Assembly (NCBI RefSeq): GCF_003704095.1 | Contig: NW_020846987.1 | Location: 1-64,000, forward strand | DNA: 64,000 nt | DNA from: Pocillopora damicornis | Taxonomy: Eukaryota | Direction: 5' to 3' | In this document: piece by piece, positions 24,039-35,117 of the stretch | How positions within the stretch are numbered: the stretch's first letter is position 1 | How the letters are laid out: the number at the start of each line of letters is the position of its first letter | Notes under the pieces: model-generated | What the model saw: the letters and a program-made list of their open reading frames with translations, nothing else | Told to the model about the DNA's origin: nothing | The model's database searches: none | Position numbers and translations under genes: made by a program

Positions 24039-25733
24039 GATTCGAAACCACATATCACAAAAGAGGACAATATAGGCAGTTTTTTATTTTTTCCTTGATA
24101 TTGAACGCGATTAATTTTAGTCGGACTTGGAGGTGAAAAAAAAAAAGGATCATGACAAAGATGAACTGAAATAAGGGAAAGAGAAGCCTAAAAAATTCTC
24201 GGTTTCCACTGGGTTTGAACTATGCCTTCCAAACACTAGCTGGGTGCTAATATCAACTGAGCTAACAACGCCAAACCACAGGCATTTTGAAAGCTCTCGT
24301 GTAAAAACAAACAAACAAAAACAAAACAGAAAACAACAAAAAGAAAAAGGCCTCGACGTGGTTCGAACTCATGCCTTCCATGCAAAGTGAGTTTCGAAGC
24401 CACATTTTGGAAGCGAATTTCGTCCAAAGTGTGCAGTGGTTGGCGGGGGGGGGGGGGGGNNNNNNNNNNNNNNNNNNNNNNNNNNNNNNNNNNNNNNNNN
24501 NNNNNNNNNNNNNNNNNNNNAGATTAGATACAAAACTACGACTTGCGAAGAATAGGCTTATGTGGCCGGTGCACAAAGTGAAAAGAAAGTTGATCTAAGG
24601 GCAAAGTGCGATCGCCAGGATTTCCCAGCCAGATCCTGATCCTAAAATACGCACTGGCGTAAATGCCGCCTCCCAACCCCTCCCCCGTCGTGCGTAAGGC
24701 ACGCAGGTTAGTAAATAATAAACAAAGTTCACTCGTGGTCGCATTTAACCAACAAATAGACTTCAAATATCGAGGTGTGCCTCTTATAAAAGTGCTTTTA
24801 CATATATAAAAAAAGAAGACCGTCTTCTTGAAGGCCTTGATGCTTTTTTTGCGTGGTTATATTTTAAGGTTACTTTACTCCACATACGAATGTCTCGCTA
24901 CTGTAATGTTCTTAATACTTCTTTACTAAGCTCAGCACAGCTACACTCCTAAAAAACTAACTCTTTTCTCCTATATTGGGTATACTCAGTTATTCCTTCT
25001 AATCTTCCCAGACTTAAAGTCCACTGTACTTCATACTACTGTACATTATTGTACTGTGCTCTACTCTATGACTCTACCATTTCTACTCTTCTCTTCCTTC
25101 ATCCTCACTTCTTCTCTCTTAGCCTGTTCCAGCCTCTCAATCAGCGAAGACGAGCGAGAAAGCGAACACGCGAAAAATGGCGCGCGCTTCAACTTGCAGG
25201 CAAGCGGGCGTGATCTGCAGACGTCTCCTTGGTAACCGCAGCCGCCGCGTCCTGCTTACTTCAACACAGCGGTCCAACGTCTGCGCATGTGCGCAGGTTG
25301 TAATTACTACGTAGAGTGCTGTCAGAAACGAGTTACACACAGCCTCACATGTAAGTTAGTCGAGGTGTTTTGCAATCGTCTTTGTTTTTGTTAAAGATTA
25401 AAACGGAAAGGTGAATCAACAGGATACCCGTACTTGAATTAGCTTCGTGTTCTTAAATTATCGAGTTTTCTTTCCCTACTTTATTTCCTCTTACAGATAA
25501 CGATGCACGTATCAATTTTCTTTCGCTTATTTTGCGAGACAGGAGCTGTTTTTATGTTTTTTTAGAAATTTTGCGCGGGAAAATGGCGCGCGGCCTGCCA
25601 GAATTGATCCACCCGAGCACATCTGACGTTTGACCGCTGTGTTGCTTGCTTCCCAGTTTTCCCACACTCACTATTTCACGCATCTCTACTTACTAAGAGC
25701 CTAAGGCAGGCTAATTCTCTTCACTCCCTGTCT

Positions 25734-25895
25734 TCAATCAGCCAATAGCAACTGCCATACTAACATGACTGACATCAGCCACCAACACATTAGCTTTCCA
25801 GGCGCTGCAGATTTAGGAAGGTTAGGGTAGTATTTAGGTTGTGGACAATCTCCCAAAGACTTTGATTCATCTTCTTTCTCGTCATCAGGAGACCT
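25734..25895 (-). CDS. Tyrosinase-family copy B, terminal exon only (rest in gap)
   Basis: RSPDDEKEDESKSLGDCPQPKYYPNLPKSAAPGKLMCWWLMSVMLVWQLLLAD*, homologous to 31526-31665. Confidence 0.8.
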   Translation of the reverse strand, partial: RSPDDEKEDESKSLGDCPQPKYYPNLPKSAAPGKLMCWWLMSVMLVWQLLLAD

Positions 25896-28800
25896 NNNNN
25901 NNNNNNNNNNNNNNNNNNNNNNNNNNNNNNNNNNNNNNNNNNNNNNNNNNNNNNNNNNNNNNNNNNNNNNNNNNNNNNNNNNNNNNNNNNNNNNNGTAGC
26001 TAGGAGAAGTTAGGAGAGATTTTCAATGAACTAAACACGTCACCATGTTACAGTTTCGTGAAACCTTCAAGCAACTAACACCTGAATGACACAGACTGAT
26101 TGTGTATTCACACAGCAGTGCTGACAAAAAGGGCGCATTCACGGAAAGCCTTATTATTTATGTTCGATCAACGAGTAAAAACCGTGTAGAGACTTTGTAC
26201 CTTTGCATCTGCTGTGTAATAACACTTAATTCTGAAATGAATTTAGGTATTTCTATCTAATGCTCGATAGGATTTTATTCCGTACCTCGACTTGAAATTT
26301 ATAGTATGAAGGCAGAAGTTATGCAGTTTGTAAAGTATGCTTGCTGAATCCTGGAGGCAATTCGAAGGTCAAGAGAAAACACACGGAGTACAAATCGCTG
26401 ACGCATGCAAAGCTGAAGGCACTACAGCAGTATTCCGATAGAAAAAAGTTTGCAGGGTCTGCCAAATATATATTTTTAACTTTACTCGTCATCATGTTAC
26501 AGTTTACCTTCAAGCAACTAACACCTGGTCACAGACTTATTGTATATTCGTACATATATATTCAGACAACAAAAGAAGAGAAGAAGAAGNNNNNNNNNNN
26601 NNNNNNNNNNNNNNNNNNNNNNNNNNNNNNNNNNNNNNNNNNNNNNNNNNNNNNNNNNNNNNNNNNNNNNNNNNNNNNNNNNNNNNNNNNNNNNNNNNNN
26701 NNNNNNNNNNNNNNNNNNNNNNNNNNNNNNNNNNNNNNNNNNNNNNNNNNNNNNNNNNNNNNNNNNNNNNNNNNNNNNNNNNNNNNNNNNNNNNNNNNNN
26801 NNNNNNNNNNNNNNNNNNNNNNNNNNNNNNNNNNNNNNNNNNNNNNNNNNNNNNNNNNNNNNNNNNNNNNNNNNNNNNNNNNNNNNNNNNNNNNNNNNNN
26901 NNNNNNNNNNNNNNNNNNNNNNNNNNNNNNNNNNNNNNNNNNNNNNNNNNNNNNNNNNNNNNNNNNNNNNNNNNNNNNNNNNNNNNNNNNNNNNNNNNNN
27001 NNNNNNNNNNNNNNNNNNNNNNNNNNNNNNNNNNNNNNNNNNNNNNNNNNNNNNNNNNNNNNNNNNNNNNNNNNNNNNNNNNNNNNNNNNNNNNNNNNNN
27101 NNNNNNNNNNNNNNNNNNNNNNNNNNNNNNNNNNNNNNNNNNNNNNNNNNNNNNNNNNNNNNNNNNNNNNNNNNNNNNNNNNNNNNNNNNNNNNNNNNNN
27201 NNNNNNNNNNNNNNNNCATGTTCGAACAATGAATGAAACCGTGTAGAGATGTTGTACCTTCGCATCTGCTCTGTCATGTCGATTCATTCTGAAATAAATT
27301 TAATGATTTCTATCTGCTGCTCGCTGGGATGTTATTCCGCGCTTTGACTTAAAATTTGTAGTTTGAAGACAGAAATAATGCAATTTGACAAGTCTGTTTG
27401 CTGAATCCTTGGAGGCATTTCGAAGGTCAAGAAGAAACATAAAATGTACAAATTGCCGACGCATGCAAAACTATGTTCGATCAACGAGTAAAAACCGTGT
27501 AGAGATTTTGTACCTTCGCATCAGCTGTGTAATAAAACTTAATTCTGAAATGAATTTAGGTATTTCTATCTAATGCTCGATAGGATTTTATTCCGTACCT
27601 CAACTAGAAATTTGTAGTATGAAGGCAGAAGTAATGCAGTTTGTAAAGTATGCTTGCTGAATCCTTGGAGTTAATTGGGAAGTCAAGACGAAAAATATAG
27701 TGTAAAAACCACCAAATTTCCGAGGTACATTTTAAACGATGACTATTCAATAAACAGAGTGCGGATTGTACTCGATGCACATGTCTCAAACATCTGATGA
27801 TCAAACTAAGTTCAGTTCGTCAAAGTCCTTACCAGAAATGCGCATGCTTTTGTTGTAGGCCGATCTCGGATTGCTTTCGAGTCTCGGTACGTAATTTTCG
27901 GGAGTTGCTTCTAAATAGAGAAAGAGGCTCTGACTAAAATCGAACTGAGGAGGCTTTCATGAAAAAGCAGCGAATTGGTCTTACGCAATAAAGTTTAAAT
28001 TTGGGCCGAAATTTATATTTACTAGCAAGACATGCAGTATATACTTACGGAATGCTTTCTAGGAAAGTTGACCCATTTTATAAATTAAATCCAGTGGCAT
28101 CGCCGTCAATTATGTGGTTTTGTAAGCTGAGGACCTGATGAAATTTTCTTTTAATTCGAGTCGCAGATATTTTGCGTCAGAAAAGCCGCTCATTTCCAAT
28201 AACGTTGTGAAGAAAATCAGTTTCTCAAGCGAGCAGCGATGGATTTAGAAGTTTAAACCTTCTGGTAAATATTTTCGAGGATGGATTCGTTGCCAAATAA
28301 GCGTTAGAACTAGATCAAAGAGACAACAGAGAAACAGGATATGTTTCAAGCGTACAGTGATAACCCGTATGACTTTAAGAAAATTCATATCATCTTAACC
28401 TCGTTTGTTAGGTAGTCTGGATATACTGCGTGACTAATTCGCAGAATGTGAATAACAATTGCGTAGTGAGAACTGGGAGGTAAGTTTCGGGAAATGTAGA
28501 TCCCGATTCACTTAAAAGGAATAAAACCGAAGATTTTGGATCTGAACAGTTGTTACCTTCAAAATCACAAACAGTTAAATTAAGCTGGTTATGATTGCTA
28601 AGTTCTTGAGATAAAGCGAATTCTAAATTACGGCTCGTTGTTGTAAGGATTTTCATGCGACGAATAAACTTATAGCATAAACAATAACAGAACCAGAATA
28701 ATAAAGAGTACAGGTGGAATTTTTCGAGATGCATAATCCAACCGTTTGTGACATAAAAACTGATAAAAAAGAAACATTTATTCAAGAAGCAAAGGTTTTG

Positions 28801-29152
28801 ATGACATCCGGTCCTTTCCAGACTCTAAAATCTAGCAATCCACAGTGTTAAATCATTTTTAGGGTCATGTAGCCCTAAAGATTGGAAACACATGCAGTCA
28901 TTGCAGGATGGATCAATTAACTTCGGGCTTTAGTGAGATAAAATTCAAAAGGAAATGTATAAAATAATTAACCTTTTTTCCCTGGCTTAGCGAGGTTTAA
29001 AGAAAATAATTTTCATTTATTATCATCATCATCATCATCATCATTATTATAATTCTTATCATTATTGTCATTACTATTATTATGTTTCACATAATTGTTG
29101 AACGTCTAAACTCGAAGACCTAAATTTTATCTTTCAGGGAGTCGATCATAAA

Positions 29153-31665
29153 ATGGGTTACCCCATCATCGCATACCTTGTCTTTGTTGTCGTCACTTTA
29201 CCCTGGGTAGAAGGCCAGTTTCCCAGAGTCTGCACTGACCGGGACAGTCTGAGAGACAAGAAATGTTGTCCTACTCCTAGTGACTTCACCACAGAATGTG
29301 GTTACGATGGAGGCAGAGGACAGTGCCATGAATTGACCACCCATGATTGGACATCTAAATACAGCCATTACCGGCCGTTCCAGATGGAGGACGAGAGACA
29401 CAACTGGCCGCATGGTCTTTACCACAAAGTCTGCAAATGCAACGCAAACTATGCAGGTTACGATTGCAGCAAATGCGCGTTTGGCTTCTATGGCAGTACC
29501 TGCACGCAGAAGAAAAATTTGATACGAAGAAATTTTCTGAACCTGACAACCGAGGAGAAAGATCGATACATGAGATACGTCAACATGTCCAAGCACTATG
29601 TAAGTGACTTCGTGGTTACGTCTACTCCTTACAAGGAGATAAACAAAACCGTTATGGAGGGTGGCGACCCAAAGTCCTTCTTTTATAATGTCACTTACTA
29701 TGACTTGTTCACGTGGATGCATTACTATGCTGCAAGTGACACCATTTTACCTCATGATATCACTGAATCTGATATCGACTTCGCACACGATGGTCAGGGA
29801 TTTCCCTCATGGCATCGGTTGTACTTGTTAGCATGGGAGAGAACCTTGCAGGAAATTGGAAACGATGAAGAATTTGCCCTCCCTTTCTGGGACTGGACCG
29901 GGAATCCCACTGGATGCGACCCCGCAGTTTGCTCTGAAGAGCTCCTTGGCGTAACGGACCAAACTACTGGCATTGTGAGGGGCAAATACTTGAATGACTG
30001 GTACGTCCTTTGCACCGGCAAACAAACCCAACAACTAACAAAGCCGTGTAACCCCACCATAACAAGAAATGGATTGAAACGGAACACAGATGATGAGAAG
30101 AAGAAGAAAAAAGGAGAAGGATATACTATGACATTTCCAACAAAAACAGAAGTCAACTTCGCGCTCCGTTTTGAAACCTTTGACCTCCAACCCTACAGCA
30201 AAAGTTCTAGCTGCAGTTTTAGAAACATCCTGGAGGGTTATGCCAGCGCCGAAACTGGTCGTCACCATTCTGACGTCCATGGCATGCACAACCAGGTCCA
30301 CATAGTTGTTGGAGGAGAAATGGGGGACGTACCTTCGGCATCAAACGACCCAATTTTTCCTCTTCATCACGCGTTTGTGGATCGTATCTATGAAAAGTGG
30401 TTGCGGAAGTTTAATAAAGATGCAAATGTGCTATCCACTTACAATGCACCCATTGGTCACAACAGAGATGACGTCATTGTGCCGTTGTTTCCGGTTTACA
30501 CTCACCAACAGATGTTCAAGAAGTCTTTCGAGTTCGGTTATGATTACCAAGACGTCGATGAAAAAGGTGAGAATGAATGTTTTGCTTTCCATTGTATTTT
30601 GGTTGACTTTTATGTGACTAGTTAATTATCAGAGTCAAAACTCCTCTGCCTGCCCAATGTTTTTCAGGCAATGTCCGTGTTTTAAATTGGTTAAATAGAT
30701 TCGTAAAACCAGTGGGCACCACGTGGGATAAAGTGCGCGATATGACCCTTCGCACGAGCTTAGCTGGCGGGGGTACGCCCCCTCCTCCCCTCCTCCCCCC
30801 ATATTTGGGAAAAGTGAATACCGTATTTCCTTGAATAAACGATTGGGTGCTCATAAAATTTCGGCTAAAAGGGTGATGGGGAGGGGGGCGCTTATTGGTA
30901 GGAGGTCGCTTTACCAAGAGGGCGCTCATTAAGTTAGCGCTTTTATAAGCCAAAAAATCAAAATCAAAAGAACAGGTAAAACTCATAAAGGAATTCTACA
31001 AGCGCACGAAGACGGAAATATCCGGAACGGAAAAGAAACTCGGGAACTGAAGCTCAAAAAGTTATAGATAAAGTGGCACCAGAAACAGGTTTTCCTTGCA
31101 TCCCCACTATTTAAGAAAGTGAGGAAGGGGAGGGACGGTTTCTTCAATTTATGGCCTAAGGGGTGAGCACTTATTCGAGAAAATACGGTAATTATAATCC
31201 TTTAAAATTCCATTAGTTCGTGAGTGTTTTCCACTTCTCCCAGTGTTGGTATTTTAAATATCACAATAAATCGAAAGTTTCAGTGATCTTAAACAAGCAT
31301 TTCATTTTTGTCTCTGGGCAAAATTATGACAAATTTATTTTCTTGCCTTTTAGTCTCATGGTAGGAACACTTCTTGGAGAGAAAACTCTGAGGAGTGTAC
31401 TTACACATTCACTTAATTCCAACTCCTCCGCTTCCCACCATTCCTCGTCTCTCCTCTCATACCCTGTGTAGTTTGTCCACTATAACTGTTGCTATCCAAA
31501 ATTCACAAGAAGTACCTTTGTTTAGGCAGGTCTCCTGGTGACGAGAAAGAAGATGAATCAAAGTCTTTGGGAGATTGTCCAACTAAATCTGCAGCGCCTG
31601 GAAAGCTAATGTGTTGGTGGCTGATGTCAGTCATGTTAGTATGGCAGCTACTTTTGGCTGATTGA
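29153..31665 (+). CDS. Tyrosinase/TYRP-family type-3 dicopper oxidase copy C; coding exons 29153-30566 and 31526-31665
   Basis: Signal peptide, QFPRVC Cys-rich EGF-like domain, CuA (WMHYY..FAHDGQGFPSWHR), CuB (HNQVH..SNDPIFPLHHAFVD). Donor AAAG|gtgag and acceptor tttag|GC give the in-frame tail GRSPGDEKEDESKSLGDCPTKSAAPGKLMCWWLMSVMLVWQLLLAD*. Confidence 0.93.
30821..31188. mobile_element. Tc1/mariner-type MITE in the tyrosinase intron (homologous copies in the D, E and F introns)
   Basis: TA|CCGTATTTCCTTGAATAA ... TTATTCGAGAAAATACGG|TA: TIRs with a TA target duplication. Confidence 0.75.
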
Positions 31666-31669
31666 AGAC

Positions 31670-32862
31670 AGGGTGTGAAGAGAATTAGCTTGCTTTAGGC
31701 TCTTAGTAAGTGGAGATGCGTGAAATAGTGGGTGTGGGAAAAGCAGGAAGCAGGCCACACAGCGGTCAAACGTCGGGTGTGCGCAAGGGGTTCAATTCTG
31801 GCAGGCCGCGCGCCATTTTCCCGCGCAAAATTTCTAAGGAATACATAAGAAACAGCTCCTGTCTCGCAAAATAAGCGAAAGAAAATTGAAACGTGCATCG
31901 TAATCTGTAGAAGAAAATAAAAGTAGGGAAAAAGAAAACTCGATAATTTTCGAACACGAAGCTTATTCAAGTACGGGTATCCTGTTGATTCACCTTTCTG
32001 TTTTAATGGTTTCCGAAAAAGAACGACGGTTGCCAAACAAATCGACTCTCTTGAATGTGAAGCTGTGTGTAACTCGTTTTTGACAGCACTCCACGAAGTA
32101 ATTACAACATGCGCACATGCGCAGACGTTGGACCGCTGTGTTGAAGCAAGGGGGGCGTGATGGTTGCGGTTACTAGAAAGACGTCTGCAGATTACGTCCG
32201 CTTGCCCGCAAGCTATCACGCGCGCCATTTTTCGCGTATTCGCTTTTTCGCTCGTCTTCGCTGATGAGAGGCTGGAACAGGCTAAGAGAGAAGAAGTGAG
32301 GATGAAGGAAGAGAAGAGTAGAAGTGGTAGAGTCGTAGAATAGAGCACAGTACGATAATGTACAGTAGCATGAAGTACAGTGGACTTACGTCTGGAAAGA
32401 TTAGAAGGAATAACTGAGTATACACAGTATTGGATAGAAGAGTTAACTTTTTAGGAGTGTAGCTGTGCTGAGCTGAGTAAAAAAGTATTAAGAACATAAC
32501 AGTAGCGAGTGAGTCGTATATGAAGTAAAGTAACCTTAAATCTAACCACACAAAAAAGCATCAAAGCCTTCAAGAAGTTAGAAGTCTTCTTTTTTTCTAT
32601 ATGAAAAAGCACGTTTATAAGCAGCACATCTCGATATTTGAAGTCTATCTTGTGATTAAATGCGACCACGAGTGAACTTTGTCCATTATTTACTAACCTG
32701 CGTGCCTTGCACACAACGAGGGAGGGGTGGGAAGGCGGCATTTAAACCAGTACGTATTTTAGGATCAGGATCTGGGTAAGAAATCCTGTCGTCCCAACTT
32801 TACCCTTTCTTCACTTTGTGCACTGGCCATTCGTTATCAGTCGTTTATTTTGTATCTAATCT
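31670..32862 (+). repeat. Tyrosinase downstream block of the amplified unit; copies at ~24520-25730(-), 35845-36625(+), 36726-37645(-), 40146-41420(-), 44439-45520(+), 52070-52706(-)
   Basis: Shared sequences such as GGCCGCGCGCCATTTTCC, CAAGTACGGGTATCCTGTTGATTCACC and GAAGAGAAGAGTAGAAGTGGTAGAGTCGTAG. Confidence 0.9.
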
Positions 32863-33894
32863 NNNNNNNNNNCCCCCCCGCTAACCACTCCACGCTTTGG
32901 GTAAACTAATGTCATGCCATACATTCCAGCGTTCCGTGGGCATGAGAGCGTTATTCGTGTTACGAAGCGTTCAGGAAAGGATACCAAAAGTTTCAGTCCT
33001 AAGAAACTGAAGTATTACGAGTGCACAGTTGACAAGCTAGTTCAGGTACACTTTGATTATGATTTTCTAATGATTGCCGTGTTACTTCCACATTTGAAGC
33101 GCGCAAACATCCGCGAGGAAAGTTCCACGCCGCAGATTATGTATGTTGCTAGGTTCCCTTCTTGTCGGTAGCTAGGAGAAGTTTGGCAGTGCAGACAAAA
33201 AGAGCGCATTCACGGAAAGCCTTATTATTCATGTTCGATGAATGAGTGCAAATCGTGTACAGAATTTGTACCTTCGCATCTGCTGTGTGATGTCGATTAA
33301 TTCTGAAATAAATTTAGTGATTTCTATCTAATGCTCACAAGAACGTTATTCGGAACCATGACTTGAAATTTGTAGTATGATTTGTCAAGTACTTTTTGCT
33401 GAATCCTTTGAGGCAATTCAGAGGTCAAGACAAAACACAGGATGTACAAATCGCCGACGCATGTAAAGCTGACGGCACTACAGCAGTCTTCTGAGAGAAG
33501 AAAAATTCGGCAGCGTCTACCGAAGGTATATTTTACAGGAAGAGTCTAAAGTATGGTAAAGACGCTTAAAATTCTTGGAAATCTTGAGAACAAAGGTACG
33601 CTGTACTCTCATTCTGAAGAAACCTTTTCAAGATTCCGTCAAATATAGATGAGATATAGTTTCAGTGTAATTTAGGTTAATTGTTCACTCGACTCGTCAG
33701 TGGCACCACGACGTACAGGAACAAACTTCAAGAGAGAAACTTTCAAAATCTTAAAACAACGAAGCTTGCAGTTTTAAAGAAGACGAAGGTATGCTTTAAT
33801 TAAACTAGTTCTCAGGGAAAACACGTGATCTTACCTCGACGCTCCGATCTTAATCAAGAGGTGCTCATAAGATGATCGCTACAAAGGATTTATA

Positions 33895-35117
33895 GAGGGT
33901 CAAGGTTTTTTTGGGATCTGGGAGTAAGAAGGGAGCGAGATGCGGGACAAGACACGGGAATCGAAATTTTGAGGGGTGGGATTCGGGAATCAATCACTTA
34001 AACGCTCCGAACCGAGAACCGGGAAGTCCGATGACGAGGATTTATGAAGAAACTGATATAAGTGAAAGTCCAAAAGGCTAGCCTCCCACAAGCTGATTTT
34101 ATGGGATCGTGTTTCACTTCTCTCCACAAACGCTTTTAACCTGATGAGTCGCATGGCAATCACTTGGTTGTGCATTTATTACAAAGATCCACTTTGCACG
34201 GTGTTAAATTGTGCAAGAAACTTTGGAAATGCAGCCAAAGAAGGCTTACAGGGGACAACCCAGTGGGTGGCGTATTATTTCAAATCCAAAGTCTTGGTAT
34301 CCTGTACCAGAATATGCCATGATCGTTTCGGCCCTTCAGGTATTCAAATGTTATCACCTGTTCCGATAGCACCAAAGAAAAACAGAAAATGAGGGACTGA
34401 GCGCAAACATTTGGTGTAGCAGCGCGTCAGATGGCAAAAACTGGAAGTGTCCCGTTGTACCTCGATTAGAGAGAAATTCAGCTGGGTGAACCGCTCAGCT
34501 TCTAACTCTCTGACTTCGAGGAGCAGCAAAACAAACAGACGAAGAGGAAAATGAGATGTTAGAGTACGATTCCCCAGCAGTGATGAATAATCGGATGAGT
34601 CAATCCCGGATGACGAGACCGCATTTGATGATCGTCACTCTCTTTGGAACGAGAGACTTCGGAAGAAGTATTTTTTTCAACAGCAGAATTGTATTCAGTT
34701 GAATTTTCTTTATTTCCCTTGTTATGGAAGCAACAGGATTGCCGTCACCTTTTTTTTAATGCACTTGGTGACATTGTTATTCGTTTCTTTGATACTGACC
34801 TGTCTTTACTAATATTTTTTTGCGTGATAGAAGTTAAACAGAAGGAAGTCGTCACCGTGACTAGCGTACGTTATTCGTGCAAAACTTTAAAACTTCTAAA
34901 ATTAACGATATCGTTTGGGTGAGAAAAGATAAACGTACGCCTTACGGTGAATAAAGACTTCAACGGATCAATGCTGGATGAGGAAATCATCAATGGACTA
35001 AGAACAAAAATTTATGATCGGGATCGGGATTGGCAGGTATGCACCGTCGGGATTACGGGATTAAGAATGAAATTTAAGTCGAGATCGCGGGATTAAAGAA
35101 CCCCATTGGGGACCCTC
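33895..35117. mobile_element. 1.2-kb non-autonomous DNA element inserted in one upstream block
   Basis: Absent from paralogous sites (20268, 45579). Termini GAGGGTC/GACCCTC, flanks TTTATA/TTTAAA, subterminal CGGGA(T) repeats. Confidence 0.8.

Noticed and set aside
21265-25895. Helitron or Pack-MULE capture of the SNW1 and RTN fragments
   Set aside because: The fragments come from the two immediate neighbours in collinear order with introns, and no TIRs or Helitron ends were seen; tandem duplication is simpler.
26341-27287. Long ORFs spanning N runs (also 14493-14831, 53336-53945, and the 49233-49368 extension of copy G)
   Set aside because: Artefacts of translating through assembly gaps.
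29198-30617. Antisense and alternative-frame ORFs overlapping the tyrosinase exons
   Set aside because: Shadow ORFs of the coding strand with inconsistent boundaries among paralogs.
30567-30625. ORF-track C-termini of the tyrosinases (ENECFAFHC...)
   Set aside because: Read-through into the intron past a conserved AAG|GTGAG donor; lengths vary among copies.
31695-32348. Recurring 70-217-aa ORFs in the downstream block (also 36229, 36925, 37005, 44616)
   Set aside because: Starts, stops and frames differ between copies and there is no recognisable domain; recurrence is explained by segmental duplication.
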